DNA from: an uncultured Bacteroidales bacterium
Lineage (GTDB): Bacteria > Bacteroidota > Bacteroidia > Bacteroidales > UBA932
Direction of reading: 5' to 3'
DNA: 64,000 nucleotides
NCBI GenBank assembly: GCA_900318955.1
Contig: ONMJ01000006.1
Location: forward strand, 33,586-97,585
The notes under the pieces are model-generated. The model was given only the letters and a program-made list of their open reading frames with translations. It was not told the DNA's origin and did no database searches. Position 1 is the first letter of the stretch. Each line of letters starts with the position of its first letter. Shown here piece by piece: positions 18,013 through 28,898 of this stretch. Made by a program: the position numbers and the translations under genes.

Positions 18013-20679
18013 ATGGAACAATTATCGGCGAAGTACAATCCCTCCGAGGTCGAAGATAAGTGGTACGCCTATTGGCTGAAACACAAGCTTTTCCACTCTG
18101 AACCATCTGAAAAGGAGCCTTATACTATAGTTATTCCGCCGCCAAATGTGACCGGTATTCTCCATATGGGTCATGTCCTTAACAACACCCTCAATGACGT
18201 TTTGATCCGCAAAGCCCGCATGGATGGGAAAAATGCATGCTGGGTGCCGGGAACCGACCATGCTTCCATTGCTACCGAGAACAAGGTTGTCGCAAGGTTG
18301 AAAGAGCAGGGAATTAAAAAGGAAGATCTTACTAGGGAAGAGTTTCTCAAATACGCCTGGGAATGGAAAGAGGAGCATGGCGGTATTATCCTTAAACAAC
18401 TCCGCAAGCTTGGAGCATCCTGCGACTGGGACCGCACCAAATTCACAATGGACCCTGACCTGAGCCAGGCTGTTATAAACACCTTCGTCTATTTCTATAA
18501 GAAAGGACTTATATATAAAGGTGTCAGGATGGTCAATTGGGACCCTGAAGGACTTACCGCAGTCAGTGACGAGGAAGTGATCCACAGGGACACAAAGAGC
18601 CATTTCTATCACCTGAAATACTATATCTCAGACGGAAACGGCAACCCAACGGACAAGTATCTGGTGATTGCCACTACCCGTCCCGAGACAATCATGGCCG
18701 ATGCTGCCATTTGCGTGAACCCCGCAGATGAAAGACATTTCTGGCTTCATGGGAAGAAGGTTCTCATCCCTCTTATAAACAAAGAGATTCCTGTCATAGA
18801 GGATAGCTACGTAGAGATGGACTTCGGTACCGGATGTCTTAAAGTTACCCCGGCCCATGATGTGAACGACTACGAAATCGGTCTTAGGCATAATCTCCCT
18901 GTTACCGATATTATCGACGAGCATGGAAGGCTCAATGAGAAGGCTCAGATACTCGTAGGGGAGGACAGATTCGTAGCGAGAAAGAAGATCGTGAAAATGC
19001 TGGAGGAATCCGGCAATCTGATAAAGGCCGAAGAATACATTTCTCCGGTAGGATATTCAGAAAGGACCAATGCAGTAATTGAGCCGCGCCTTTCTGCACA
19101 GTGGTTCCTCAAGATGGACAAACTAGCTGAAGCGGCACTGGAGACCGTCGAAAGCGGAAAGACACGCCTGATTCCGGATAAGTATCGCAATACATACCGT
19201 CATTGGATGGAGACAGTCCGCGACTGGTGCATCAGCCGCCAGCTGTGGTGGGGGCAGCGCATCCCGGCTTACTATCTGCCGGATGGAAGGTACGTTGTTG
19301 AGAGTTCTCCGGAGGAAGCGCTCAAAGCCGCTCAGGCCCTCGATCCTGCAATAACCGCTGCTGATCTGCGTCAGGATGAGGATGTTCTCGATACATGGTT
19401 CAGTTCATGGCTCTGGCCTATCTCTGTTTTTGATTCAGAAAAGCCAGGACATCCGGAAAAAGAGCCCAACGCTGACCTTAAATACTACTATCCCACCAAT
19501 GACCTTGTCACCGGCCCTGATATTCTATTCTTCTGGGTGGCCAGGATGATAATGGCAGGAAACGAGTTTATGGGCAAAGAGCCATTCTCCAACGTCTACC
19601 TGACAGGTATCGTCCGTGACAAGATTGGCCGTAAAATGTCCAAGCAGCTCGGTAATTCTCCAAACCCTCTTGATCTTATCGAGAAGTACGGGGCAGATGC
19701 CGTAAGGATCGGAATGCTGCTTTGCTCATCGGCAGGCAATGATATTTTCTACGATGAAAGCCAGATTGAGCAGGGGAGAAACTTCTGCAACAAGATATGG
19801 AATTCTTATCGTCTTATTAAAGGTTTTACTGTAGATAACGATGCCAAACAGCCTGAAGCATCGAAAGTTGCAGTTAAATGGTTTACATATAGACTCAGCC
19901 AGGCGATCGAGACTGTAGAAGACCATTATTCAAAGTTCCGCATCTCAGATGCTCTCATGACAATCTACAAACTCTTCTGGGACGATTTCTGCTCATGGTA
20001 TCTTGAGCTCATTAAGACTCCTTTCGTGGATGGAAAACCTCTTCCTATGGACAAGGAGACTTATGAGGCTACAGCAAGATTCTTCGACAGTCTTCTGAGG
20101 ATGATTCATCCCGTCATGCCCTTCATCACCGAAGAGCTTTGGCAGAATATGGAAGAGAGGAAAGACGGAGAATCCATAATGTTCGCTCCGACTCCTGCAG
20201 CGACAGAATATGACAAGTCATACCTCGAGTGGTTCGAAATGGCAGAAGAGGCTATAAATGGTATTCGCGCCACAAGGAACCAAAAGAACATTTCTCCCAA
20301 GGAGATGCTTCCCCTCAAGGTGAAAGGGGAGTTCCCGGAGGAGATGATGAGTGTTGTTTCGAAGCTTGCCAATACTTCCTCAATTGAAAAAGTCTCGGCT
20401 TTTGAAGAGGGCAACGGAGTAGGTTTCATGGTCAGGACAGTCGAACTCTTCATCCCTCTCAATGGACTTGTCAACGTCGAAGAGGAAATCGCAAAACTCG
20501 AAAAAGACCTCGAATACCAGAAGAAATTCCTCGAAAGTGTGAGGAAAAAACTCTCAAACGAGCGCTTTACTGCCAATGCTCCGGCCGCCGTCATCGAAAA
20601 CGAGAGGAAAAAAGAGGCTGATAGCCTCTCCAAGATTGAAAGTTTCGAATCGCAGCTTAAAGCATTAAGAAACAACTAA
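18013..20679 (+). CDS. valS: Valine--tRNA ligase
   Basis: PPPNVTGILHMGH, DWCISRQLWWG, KMSKQ, C-terminal coiled coil. Confidence 0.97.
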   Translation: MEQLSAKYNPSEVEDKWYAYWLKHKLFHSEPSEKEPYTIVIPPPNVTGILHMGHVLNNTLNDVLIRKARMDGKNACWVPGTDHASIATENKVVARLKEQGIKKEDLTREEFLKYAWEWKEEHGGIILKQLRKLGASCDWDRTKFTMDPDLSQAVINTFVYFYKKGLIYKGVRMVNWDPEGLTAVSDEEVIHRDTKSHFYHLKYYISDGNGNPTDKYLVIATTRPETIMADAAICVNPADERHFWLHGKKVLIPLINKEIPVIEDSYVEMDFGTGCLKVTPAHDVNDYEIGLRHNLPVTDIIDEHGRLNEKAQILVGEDRFVARKKIVKMLEESGNLIKAEEYISPVGYSERTNAVIEPRLSAQWFLKMDKLAEAALETVESGKTRLIPDKYRNTYRHWMETVRDWCISRQLWWGQRIPAYYLPDGRYVVESSPEEALKAAQALDPAITAADLRQDEDVLDTWFSSWLWPISVFDSEKPGHPEKEPNADLKYYYPTNDLVTGPDILFFWVARMIMAGNEFMGKEPFSNVYLTGIVRDKIGRKMSKQLGNSPNPLDLIEKYGADAVRIGMLLCSSAGNDIFYDESQIEQGRNFCNKIWNSYRLIKGFTVDNDAKQPEASKVAVKWFTYRLSQAIETVEDHYSKFRISDALMTIYKLFWDDFCSWYLELIKTPFVDGKPLPMDKETYEATARFFDSLLRMIHPVMPFITEELWQNMEERKDGESIMFAPTPAATEYDKSYLEWFEMAEEAINGIRATRNQKNISPKEMLPLKVKGEFPEEMMSVVSKLANTSSIEKVSAFEEGNGVGFMVRTVELFIPLNGLVNVEEEIAKLEKDLEYQKKFLESVRKKLSNERFTANAPAAVIENERKKEADSLSKIESFESQLKALRNN

Positions 20680-20715
20680 TAAAACTAATTAGTTAATACT
20701 TATAACATTTTTGTT

Positions 20716-21132
20716 ATGATGTATTTTGAGACCAGTTTTCCTGTAAGATACTACGAAACGGACCAAATGGCAGTGGTTCACCACTCAAATTATATCCGAT
20801 ATTTCGAAGTAGCAAGGAATATGATGATGGCTGACGGGGGATTCCCAATCGAGGTATGCGAAAAGGAAGAAGGAGTGATGACTCCGATTGTATCCGTCGA
20901 ATGTAAATTCAAGCATCCGGCAAGGATGGGAGATATACTGACAGCAAGCGCATCTATCGACAGTATACCCATGGCCAAGCTTACAATTGATCAGAAAGTA
21001 GTCAACCAGAACGGTGAGGTATGTGCTGAAGGGAAGGTGGTAATCGGATTCATCGATGCCAAGACATTCCGCCCTGTAAGGTGTCCTGAGAAACTGGCAA
21101 CATTAATAGAAAAACGTTTAAACGACAGATAG
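20716..21132 (+). CDS. Acyl-CoA thioesterase (YbgC/FadM hotdog family)
   Basis: [22 protein letters not shown] motif. Confidence 0.88.
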   Translation: MMYFETSFPVRYYETDQMAVVHHSNYIRYFEVARNMMMADGGFPIEVCEKEEGVMTPIVSVECKFKHPARMGDILTASASIDSIPMAKLTIDQKVVNQNGEVCAEGKVVIGFIDAKTFRPVRCPEKLATLIEKRLNDR

Positions 21133-21133
21133 T

Positions 21134-21352
21134 ATGAACACAATTTTAATTTACCCTCTTGCACTTGGCACATGGGAGATTGTAGCCATTGTGCTTGTTA
21201 TCCTCCTTCTTTTTGGCGGCAAAAAGATTCCTGAACTCATGAAAGGCCTCGGAAAAGGTGTCAAGAGTTTCAAACAGGGAATGAACGAAGTTGAAAAAGA
21301 AATCGGCGATATCGACAATGATATCAAGAATACCGGTTCGGACAACAAGTAA
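21134..21352 (+). CDS. tatA: Twin-arginine translocase TatA
   Basis: TM followed by [23 protein letters not shown]. Confidence 0.93.
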   Translation: MNTILIYPLALGTWEIVAIVLVILLLFGGKKIPELMKGLGKGVKSFKQGMNEVEKEIGDIDNDIKNTGSDNK

Positions 21353-21360
21353 ATAAAAAA

Positions 21361-22146
21361 GTGTCTTCCGAAGGGAATGAAATGTCCTTCTGGGACCACC
21401 TTGAAGTATTGAGGGGAACCTTGTTCCGCTCAATACTTGCTATTCTCATCTTCACTGTTGTATTCCTCTCTATCAAAGGACCTCTTTTCAAGATGGTCTT
21501 ATGGCCGACTTCTGAAGATTTTATCCTATATAAGATGCTTCATCTTCCATTCAAGATGGAACTTATCAATATAGATGTTTCGGCCCAATTTTTCGTCCAC
21601 CTTAAGGTCTCCGTGCTTGCTGCAGTAGTGATAGCCTTTCCATATATAATATGGGAAATATGGAGATTTGTTTCGCCGGCACTCTACGATAATGAGAAAA
21701 AAGCTGTAGGAAAAGCCTTTGGCATGTCTTCCGGGTTGTTTTATCTCGGAGCGGCTATCGGTTATTTCGTCGTTCTTCCAGTCTGTCTTATGTTCTTCAT
21801 GAACTACACGGTCAGCGACGATGTGGCTAATACAATATCTCTTAACTCCTACATCTCGCTGTTTGTATCAATGGTCTTCCTGATTGGGCTGATTTTCGAG
21901 TTTCCAACAGTTGTTGTCGTGCTATCAAGCCTGGGCATCCTGACAAAGGACCATTTGAGAAAATACCGCAAGTACGCTTTTGTCGTAATCCTTATTTTGG
22001 CCGCCTTCATAACTCCTAGCGACCCTGTATCCATGTTCGTTCTTGCTATCCCTCTTTATGCTTTATATGAATTCAGCATTCTGATGTGCAAGAAGGGAGA
22101 ACCAGAAGACGAGGAAGAAACGGAAACAGCCGATGATATCACTTAA
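21361..22146 (+). CDS. tatC: Twin-arginine translocase TatC
   Basis: [37 protein letters not shown]. Confidence 0.94.
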   Translation: MSSEGNEMSFWDHLEVLRGTLFRSILAILIFTVVFLSIKGPLFKMVLWPTSEDFILYKMLHLPFKMELINIDVSAQFFVHLKVSVLAAVVIAFPYIIWEIWRFVSPALYDNEKKAVGKAFGMSSGLFYLGAAIGYFVVLPVCLMFFMNYTVSDDVANTISLNSYISLFVSMVFLIGLIFEFPTVVVVLSSLGILTKDHLRKYRKYAFVVILILAAFITPSDPVSMFVLAIPLYALYEFSILMCKKGEPEDEEETETADDIT

Positions 22147-24061
22147 TAATGTGACCGTGGCTTTCGGGAGTTTCACGCTCCTGGACAATGTAAGCCTTCA
22201 TATCAGCGAAAGCGACAAAATAGGCCTTGTCGGGAAAAACGGGGCCGGTAAGTCGACGCTTATGAAGCTCATCACCGGGGAAGTGTCTCCTACCTCCGGT
22301 CATATTGACATGCCATCCGGGATACGCATCGGCTACCTTCCCCAGATCATGGAACATCATAAGGGGAAAAGTGTCATAGACGAGGTAATGACTGTCTTCG
22401 ACCATATTTCTGATATGGAGACCGAGTTGGCATCAATCAACGAAGAACTTGCGAGCAGAAGCGACTATGAATCCGATGAATACGCATCATTAATTGAACG
22501 TATTAATCAGATTAATGATATCTTATCTCTCGAATCCGGAGAGTCTCCTTCGGTATTAGCCGGAAAAACTCTCAGGGGACTTGGATTCAAGGATGATGAG
22601 TTCTCAAGGAAAACCGAGACGTTCAGTCAAGGGTGGAACATGAGGATTGAGCTTGCAAAGATTCTTCTCTCTAAGCCTGAAGTCCTTCTTCTTGACGAGC
22701 CTACCAACCACCTTGATATCGAGTCCATCGAGTGGTTCGAAGATTATCTGAAAAGTTTCAGGGGCTCTGTTCTTCTGGTTTCTCATGACAGGAAGTTCCT
22801 CGATAACGTAACTAACCGCACTGCTGAGATACTTCTTGGACATATCCACGATTATAAAGTACCCTACAGCAAGTACGTCGACCTCAGGGCTGAGAGAATT
22901 GCCCAGCAGACCGCTGCTTATGAGAACCAGCAGCGGATGATAGAGAAGACAGAGGACTTTATCAACCGCTTCCGTTACAAGCCTACAAAATCCAACCAGG
23001 TTCAATCCAGAATCAAGGCTTTGGAAAAGTTGGAAAGGATCGAGATAGATGATGTGGATAAGTCTTCGATGGCTTTGAAATTTCCTCCTGCGCAGCGATC
23101 CGGTGACGTTGTCTTCAAAGGGAAGGATCTCACGGTAGGATATCCCGGGAAGATTGTATTCTCTGATGCCCAGATTGAGATAAAAAGGGGAGAGAAGGTC
23201 GCACTTGTCGGCCGCAACGGAGAAGGAAAGACAACCCTTATGAGGGTGATAATGGGTCAGCTGGAACCCGTTTCCGGCGAAGCAAAGGTCGGCCATAATG
23301 TAAACATAGGATACTATGCCCAGAATCAGGAAGATGTACTGGACAAGAATAGAACCGTCTTTGAAACTCTTGACAGAGTGGCAGTTGGAGAAGTCAGGAC
23401 AAAACTAAGGGACATTCTCGGCGCCTTCCTTTTCAAGGGAGAAGATATAGACAAGAAGGTTTCCGTACTCAGTGGAGGAGAAAGAGCGCGTCTTGGTATG
23501 GCTTCGCTTATGCTGGAGTCCCATAATGTGCTTGCCCTTGATGAGCCTACCAACCATATGGATATCCGCTCCAAGGATATCCTGAAGCAGGCTCTTAAAT
23601 CTTTCGATGGCACTCTGGTCGTTGTATCTCACGACAGGGATTTCCTTGACGGACTTGTAGACAAACTTTATGAGTTCAAGGACGGTAAGGTCAGAGAGCA
23701 TCTTGGAAGCGTCAGTGATTTCCTACTGAAAAAGAAGATGGAATCCCTAAATGAGCTCGAAAGAAGCACACCGGTTGCCTCTGAGGAGATTAAGAGTTAC
23801 GGAAAAGATGATTCCAGAAAGAACTTTGAGGTCAAGAAGACAGCCTCCAAAGAACTCAGGAAGATTCAGAATAGAATCAACTTCCTCGAGAGTGAAATCT
23901 CAAAGCTTGAGAAGAAGATGGGAGCCATAGAGCAAAAGCTGTCTGCTCCGAGTGAGAGCGACGATGTAATGGAGCTCACACGAGATTATCTCGAGTGTAA
24001 AATGAGAAATGATTCATTCACTGAGGAATGGGGAGAATTAATGGCTAAATTGGACAATTAA
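22133..24061 (+). CDS. ABC-F family ATP-binding protein
   Basis: Two ABC domains ([19 protein letters not shown] and [23 protein letters not shown]), no TM segments, C-terminal coiled coil. Confidence 0.92.
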   Translation: MISLNNVTVAFGSFTLLDNVSLHISESDKIGLVGKNGAGKSTLMKLITGEVSPTSGHIDMPSGIRIGYLPQIMEHHKGKSVIDEVMTVFDHISDMETELASINEELASRSDYESDEYASLIERINQINDILSLESGESPSVLAGKTLRGLGFKDDEFSRKTETFSQGWNMRIELAKILLSKPEVLLLDEPTNHLDIESIEWFEDYLKSFRGSVLLVSHDRKFLDNVTNRTAEILLGHIHDYKVPYSKYVDLRAERIAQQTAAYENQQRMIEKTEDFINRFRYKPTKSNQVQSRIKALEKLERIEIDDVDKSSMALKFPPAQRSGDVVFKGKDLTVGYPGKIVFSDAQIEIKRGEKVALVGRNGEGKTTLMRVIMGQLEPVSGEAKVGHNVNIGYYAQNQEDVLDKNRTVFETLDRVAVGEVRTKLRDILGAFLFKGEDIDKKVSVLSGGERARLGMASLMLESHNVLALDEPTNHMDIRSKDILKQALKSFDGTLVVVSHDRDFLDGLVDKLYEFKDGKVREHLGSVSDFLLKKKMESLNELERSTPVASEEIKSYGKDDSRKNFEVKKTASKELRKIQNRINFLESEISKLEKKMGAIEQKLSAPSESDDVMELTRDYLECKMRNDSFTEEWGELMAKLDN

Positions 24062-24076
24062 TTAAATCTTAATATC

Positions 24077-25039
24077 ATGATTAAAAAGTATTTAATTCCA
24101 GTTATCGCGAGTATCGCTTTATGTTTTGCGGGAAGCTTTGCAGCTTCTGCTCAGACTGCGCTTTCGGAGTTTAACACCATCGATGTAGAGAATGACTTCG
24201 AAGTAACCCTGGTCAAAGGTTCCTATGCTATCGCTCTTACTGTAGACAGTGCTATGGATCCTTATATCAGGGCATATGTAAAAGGAAAGACTCTGTATAT
24301 TGGAGTTGATGAAAAGGCCGTTCCCAAGGATGTAAAGAAGATGTATAAAGGGAAAAACGCACCTGAAAAGATTCTCCGTGCAGTAGTATATGCTCCCCAG
24401 ATAAATGAAATCTCTCTTAAAAACAATTCTACCTTGATTGGGACTGAAGAGTTCGCAACAGATAGATTTACTCTCTTCGTAGGGGACAAAGCTATGCTCA
24501 AATCCCTCAATGTCTACTCAACCCAGGCGAATATCACAATGAAGAAGAACGGATCTGCTATCATGGCGCTTCGTTCGAGCGGTGACGTCCAGGTCGAGTC
24601 ATCAAATAATTCAAACCTCCAGATCAACGGCCTCGAGTGCAAGGACCTCAAGATTACCACAGGTAATTCCGCACAAATCGCGACATCCGGGAATTCCCAT
24701 ACTGTTGCTGTCGTATCTGACGGATCATCAACTACTTCCATTACTACTAATACCGAGACCGTATACATTACCGCATCCGGTTCTTCAAAAGTCAATGTCA
24801 CCGGTACCGCTTCACTCCTTTCCGTAAAGGGAAGCCGCTCATCGGTAGTCGATACAATCAATCTGCCGGTCAATGAGGCTGAATGCGAAATGAACAACGG
24901 AACTCTCAATCTCGCTGTCGCCAAGAAACTCAGTGTCAATCTTTCCAACGGCGCCGAGGTATACTACAGCGGCCAGCCTGAGATCGTTCTGAAGGATAAG
25001 ATCGTCAAATCAACTCTAGCGCCTTATCAGGCAAAGTAA
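24077..25039 (+). CDS. Secreted GIN/DUF2807 (autotransporter-adhesin head-like) beta-helix protein
   Basis: Signal peptide ending SFAASA; S/G/N-rich repeats (ASGSSKVNVTG, GSRSSVVD, LSNGAEVYYSGQP). Confidence 0.75.
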   Translation: MIKKYLIPVIASIALCFAGSFAASAQTALSEFNTIDVENDFEVTLVKGSYAIALTVDSAMDPYIRAYVKGKTLYIGVDEKAVPKDVKKMYKGKNAPEKILRAVVYAPQINEISLKNNSTLIGTEEFATDRFTLFVGDKAMLKSLNVYSTQANITMKKNGSAIMALRSSGDVQVESSNNSNLQINGLECKDLKITTGNSAQIATSGNSHTVAVVSDGSSTTSITTNTETVYITASGSSKVNVTGTASLLSVKGSRSSVVDTINLPVNEAECEMNNGTLNLAVAKKLSVNLSNGAEVYYSGQPEIVLKDKIVKSTLAPYQAK

Positions 25040-25040
25040 T

Positions 25041-26135
25041 ATGCGATTCATCGATTCTCACAGTGATACTCCCTCTCAGATCTATCGCCTGAGGGATATC
25101 ACTGTGGACGGTGATCACGCTCATGTCGATTTCCCCAAAATGCTAAGGGGCGACGTGGGCGGCTCTTTTTTCTCACTATACACATCACCGGAGAAGACTG
25201 GTGACGAGCCTACTGTTTATGCCCTCGATTTGATCGGGGGCGTATACGATGCGATTTCTAAGTCCTCGGGAAGGGCTGCGCTTGCAGTTTCTCCTGATGA
25301 TTATCGGCTCAATAGCAGTAAAGGGGTATTATCAATTTTCATGGGAATGGAGAATGGCTCTCCGATAAAAAAATCCATTTCCTTACTCAGGACATTCTAT
25401 AAAATGGGGGTCAGATATATGACCCTTACCCATAACAAAGACAATTTCATAGCTGATTCGGCGGCCCAGGGGACTACGTGGCATGGTCTCAGCCCGTTCG
25501 GAAGGGAAGTGGTCTCTGAAATGAACAGGCTGGGAATGATGGTTGACATTTCGCACAGCTCTGACGAGACTTTCTGGGACTGCATTGAGTTCTCCAAGGC
25601 TCCGATAATAGCCAGTCACTCTTCTTGCAGGGCTCTTTGCCATCATCGGCGCAATCTGACTGACGAGATGATAAAGGCTATCGCCGATAAAGACGGCTAT
25701 GTAGGCATCACAATTTATCCCGGGTTTATCAGCAACAGATATAATAACGACTCATTTGCTTCTTCTCTTGAGGATGAGGCAGACAGAATAGAAAGCGTTT
25801 TCATAGAGGATCCTTCCAATCCGGCAAAGAGAAAAGCCTGGTACGACGCACAGGACAGAATCAAAAGGGAAGTAGTTCTTCCAGGAGTAGAAGAAATAGT
25901 CGACCATATCGATCATGCTGTCGCTATAGCCGGCATTGAACACGTCGGAATAGGTACAGACTTCGACGGTGTCTCTGTCCTACCTGAAGGGATCAATAAT
26001 ATCACTGATATCTGGAAAATCTTCGACGAAATGAGGAGAAGAGGCTACTCTTCAAATGAGATTTCGCTCGTCTCCGGCGAAAATCTTATAAATGTATTGG
26101 ATAGAGTGATAAAGTATTCGGAATCAGCGAGATAG
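25041..26135 (+). CDS. Membrane/renal dipeptidase family (M19) peptidase
   Basis: DSHSD, MENG, YMTLTHN, DISHSS, ASHSS, GIGTDFDG. Confidence 0.9.
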   Translation: MRFIDSHSDTPSQIYRLRDITVDGDHAHVDFPKMLRGDVGGSFFSLYTSPEKTGDEPTVYALDLIGGVYDAISKSSGRAALAVSPDDYRLNSSKGVLSIFMGMENGSPIKKSISLLRTFYKMGVRYMTLTHNKDNFIADSAAQGTTWHGLSPFGREVVSEMNRLGMMVDISHSSDETFWDCIEFSKAPIIASHSSCRALCHHRRNLTDEMIKAIADKDGYVGITIYPGFISNRYNNDSFASSLEDEADRIESVFIEDPSNPAKRKAWYDAQDRIKREVVLPGVEEIVDHIDHAVAIAGIEHVGIGTDFDGVSVLPEGINNITDIWKIFDEMRRRGYSSNEISLVSGENLINVLDRVIKYSESAR

Positions 26136-26160
26136 ACATAATTTCGCTTGAGATAATAAA

Positions 26161-26205
26161 ATAAGAAACAAAAAAGTTATATAGTTTAACTCTTTTGTTT
26201 CTTAT
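26161..26205. terminator. AT-rich 19-bp inverted repeat, probable bidirectional terminator
   Basis: ATAAGAAACAAAAAAGTTA, 7-nt loop, TAACTCTTTTGTTTCTTAT (one mismatch), between convergent genes. Confidence 0.6.
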
Positions 26206-26213
26206 ATTTATTT

Positions 26214-27485
26214 TCAGTGGTTTATGTCTTTTAGTATCATTTGTCTCAATAAATCGAGGGAAGAGGCGGCAAAGCGCTCTATATTGCGGCGTCTGTCATT
26301 ATGATAATTGCGTTTTTGGGTTATTGTGCCATTGGGGCCGGATACTCCGATCCATACTGTTCCTTCCGGATTAACGCCGTCTCCTCCGGGTCCGGCTAGC
26401 CCCGTTGTCGAAACAGAGTAATCACTGCCTGTGAGCTTTCGGACCCCTTCTGCCATTGCTGCAGCGACCTCGCTGCTTACGACTCCATGCTCCGATATTA
26501 TTTCCGCCGGAACTCCGAGAACATTTTCCTTGACGGAAACGGCATAAGAAGTCACTGATCCCAAATAATAAGCTGAACTCCCGGGGACGGTTGTGAGAAG
26601 ATGGGAAATCTCTCCTCCTGTGCATGATTCAGCTGCACTCACTGTTTTCCCGGCATTCAGAAGCAGTCTTCCGACAGCTCTTTCCAGAGTATCATCAGTA
26701 TCCGAATAGATTCTGTCTCCCAAAATAGCCTTTAATTTGGCGATTTCAGCCTCTACAAGCGTTTTTTCCTCCTCGGATGAGCCTCCATACATTGAGAGCC
26801 TCAAACGCACGCCTGTGAGAGGATTTGGCAGGTAAGCAAGGTGCATTCCATCGGGTAAAGACTCTTCCCAGGGCTCAATCAGCTTCGAAAGAGCTGATTC
26901 TGCCAGACCATACACCATCACATTACGATGCAAAATGGCGGAAAGGGGATTGTGAGAGACGATATCATCGATAACTTCCGGAAGCATCCCTATAGCTTCA
27001 TGAGGTACACCGGGAAGAGAATAAAGTGTCGCATCGTGGCCGAAACGTTCTTTAGGGAACCTGAAAACCATTATTGGCGCTGTTCCAAGGCGGTTTTCAA
27101 TCACTTCGCAGCCCTTCGGGACAAGAGCCTGGGCTCGGTTGATATCGAGCATGTCGAGACCGCGGGAATGAAGGATCTCCCTTATGATTTTGAGCTGCCC
27201 GGAATGCTCTATATACCCGTTGGAGCCGAAAAGCTTCTTGAGTGCGTCTTTGGTAATATCGTCCTTAGTCGGTCCCAGGCCACCGGTCGAAATGACTATC
27301 TCATTGTTTTTCAGCTCGTTCCGAAGGGTATTGATAATAGTTTTCCTATCATCCCCAATAGACAGCATCCTGGTAACGGCTACACCTATCTCTTCCAGAG
27401 ACCTTGCAATATTAGATGAGTTGGTATCAACAATCTGACCTATGAGAATCTCATCGCCAATAGTACAAACAGAAGCTTTTGTCAT
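26214..27485 (-). CDS. cinA: CinA-family protein (molybdopterin-binding-like domain plus NMN deamidase PncC domain)
   Basis: IGDEILIGQIVDTNS, GGLGPTKDDIT, LPGVP, AESCTGG, TTGLAGP. Confidence 0.92.
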   Translation of the reverse strand: MTKASVCTIGDEILIGQIVDTNSSNIARSLEEIGVAVTRMLSIGDDRKTIINTLRNELKNNEIVISTGGLGPTKDDITKDALKKLFGSNGYIEHSGQLKIIREILHSRGLDMLDINRAQALVPKGCEVIENRLGTAPIMVFRFPKERFGHDATLYSLPGVPHEAIGMLPEVIDDIVSHNPLSAILHRNVMVYGLAESALSKLIEPWEESLPDGMHLAYLPNPLTGVRLRLSMYGGSSEEEKTLVEAEIAKLKAILGDRIYSDTDDTLERAVGRLLLNAGKTVSAAESCTGGEISHLLTTVPGSSAYYLGSVTSYAVSVKENVLGVPAEIISEHGVVSSEVAAAMAEGVRKLTGSDYSVSTTGLAGPGGDGVNPEGTVWIGVSGPNGTITQKRNYHNDRRRNIERFAASSLDLLRQMILKDINH

Positions 27486-27493
27486 TTGATTAA

Positions 27494-28249
27494 TTATTTT
27501 ACATTCAGAAGTTTAAAAGCCTTCTTGGCCGCCCCTTTCCGGAATTTTCCATTTTCCGGCTCCATAACAACAAGTGAGGCGCCCTCACCAATGAGAGAAG
27601 GCACGATTTCGGGGTTTTCCATACTTGTCCATACCATAATAGGAACTCGTCCGGAGGTGATTTCAGCCAACTTCACTACATCATCCTTGCTATCAACTCC
27701 AAGTCCGTCAATCCCGGAAAGGCGCGAAAAATCAATAATTGATTCGGTTTCGGGATTTATGCCTGTACGGAAATGCAGAATTATCGGGATATGGCGATCA
27801 TAGCACAATCTCTGTCCGACAAGCTCGTCCAGAACTTCTTCCATAAGGTCGGAATTATGCTCTGTCATCTCAACGATAAACAAGTCTACGAAATCGTAAA
27901 GCATTGAGAATGAAGGCAAAAAATCGTACTCCAAACTAGCAGCTATGATAGTACGCGGTTTCGACTTCCGGATATTAGAAATAATGGCCGAAGGGGTAGA
28001 ATAACCGTCTTTACCGGAGAGTTCCGGTGGGCCTACGCAAACGAAGGAAAACCCGTAATCCGAAAGTTGGTTCAGATAGCGTCCACTTTTGTCCATACCC
28101 GATAATCCAAGTGGAGAGCGGAATCTGAGTCCAAATACCTCGGACGCCTTATCTTCAGGAAATTGACGCGAATAGCATGCCCTTACAAGCGCAGACGCTC
28201 CCGGAATGGAACGCCTAAGACTCATCATATTGTACATGAAACCGGCCAT
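27494..28249 (-). CDS. Degenerate class-2 dihydroorotate dehydrogenase (PyrD)-like protein
   Basis: EVFGLRFRSPLGLSGMDK, YGFSFVCVG, LYDFVDLF, ITSGRVPI and GASLV align with class-2 PyrD, but the catalytic and FMN motifs are missing. Own -7 element (TATATTTG, minus strand, 28267-28274). Confidence 0.65.
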   Translation of the reverse strand: MAGFMYNMMSLRRSIPGASALVRACYSRQFPEDKASEVFGLRFRSPLGLSGMDKSGRYLNQLSDYGFSFVCVGPPELSGKDGYSTPSAIISNIRKSKPRTIIAASLEYDFLPSFSMLYDFVDLFIVEMTEHNSDLMEEVLDELVGQRLCYDRHIPIILHFRTGINPETESIIDFSRLSGIDGLGVDSKDDVVKLAEITSGRVPIMVWTSMENPEIVPSLIGEGASLVVMEPENGKFRKGAAKKAFKLLNVK

Positions 28250-28274
28250 AATCCTGCTTTTTCATGCAAATATA

Positions 28275-28613
28275 CTAAATAATCTCATCGAAAGTATTGT
28301 CGTCGTAGAAAATGACAACCTTCGTAATTTTGCGTGGAACAGGTACTATTTCTGTTACAGGCGAATTTTTCTCAAAATCGGCATTCTGAGGCGTTTCTTC
28401 AGCGTTTTTATACATTTTTCCCCTGCCTGTCAGGAGCCAGTCAATGTTAAAATCGGGGAAGTGTAGGGCCAAACTCTCTATAAAATCGAATCCCGGCTTG
28501 TTTCTGCCTGAAAGAATATGCGAGATGGAAGCTTTAGTCACTTTTATAGTCTCTGCAAATTTTGTCTGACTTATTCCTTCTGCCGAAAGAAACTGTAACA
28601 ATCTTTTATTCAT
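28275..28613 (-). CDS. XRE-family helix-turn-helix regulator
   Basis: ATG 28613 MNKRLLQFLSAEGISQTKFAETIKVTKASISHILSGRNKPG...DWLLTGRG; C-terminal RKITKVVIFYDDNTF; -7 element TACTTTTG at 28637-28644 (minus). Confidence 0.85.
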   Translation of the reverse strand: MNKRLLQFLSAEGISQTKFAETIKVTKASISHILSGRNKPGFDFIESLALHFPDFNIDWLLTGRGKMYKNAEETPQNADFEKNSPVTEIVPVPRKITKVVIFYDDNTFDEII

Positions 28614-28779
28614 TTTGCGAAATATAAGAGTTGATACAAAAGTAAACATTATTCCATTGATACGCAAGTTGAGCAAGATATAAATAATCACAGAAATAGG
28701 GGAGTAATGCACTAAAAATATGCTATATTTTACTTTATATTAATTATTCTAAAACATTGAATTTAAAGTAAATAAATAT

Positions 28780-28807
28780 TAATTGTGCCATTTAAACGGC
28801 ACAATTA
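28780..28807. repeat. Perfect inverted repeat, 10-bp arms with 8-bp spacer
   Basis: TAATTGTGCC-ATTTAAAC-GGCACAATTA, read directly. Confidence 0.85.
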
Positions 28808-28884
28808 TGAAATTAAAAATCTGATTACCAAAAGATAACCTAAATTGACAAACCAGATAAAAAGATATAAACTACTGATAATAA

Positions 28885-28898
28885 GCTAATTAATTAGC
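28885..28898. repeat. Perfect 14-bp palindrome GCTAATTAATTAGC
   Basis: Read directly in the AT-rich intergenic region. Confidence 0.75.

Noticed and set aside
22604-23296. 230-aa minus-strand ORF and similar shadows opposite valS, lpdA, relA, ftsH and the Omp85 gene
   Set aside because: Fully nested antisense to well-supported genes, with no recognisable domains.
28780-28807. Inverted repeat as a second dif or att site
   Set aside because: It lacks the TTATGTTAA XerD arm and the ATAA/TTAT inner ends, and no recombinase is present.
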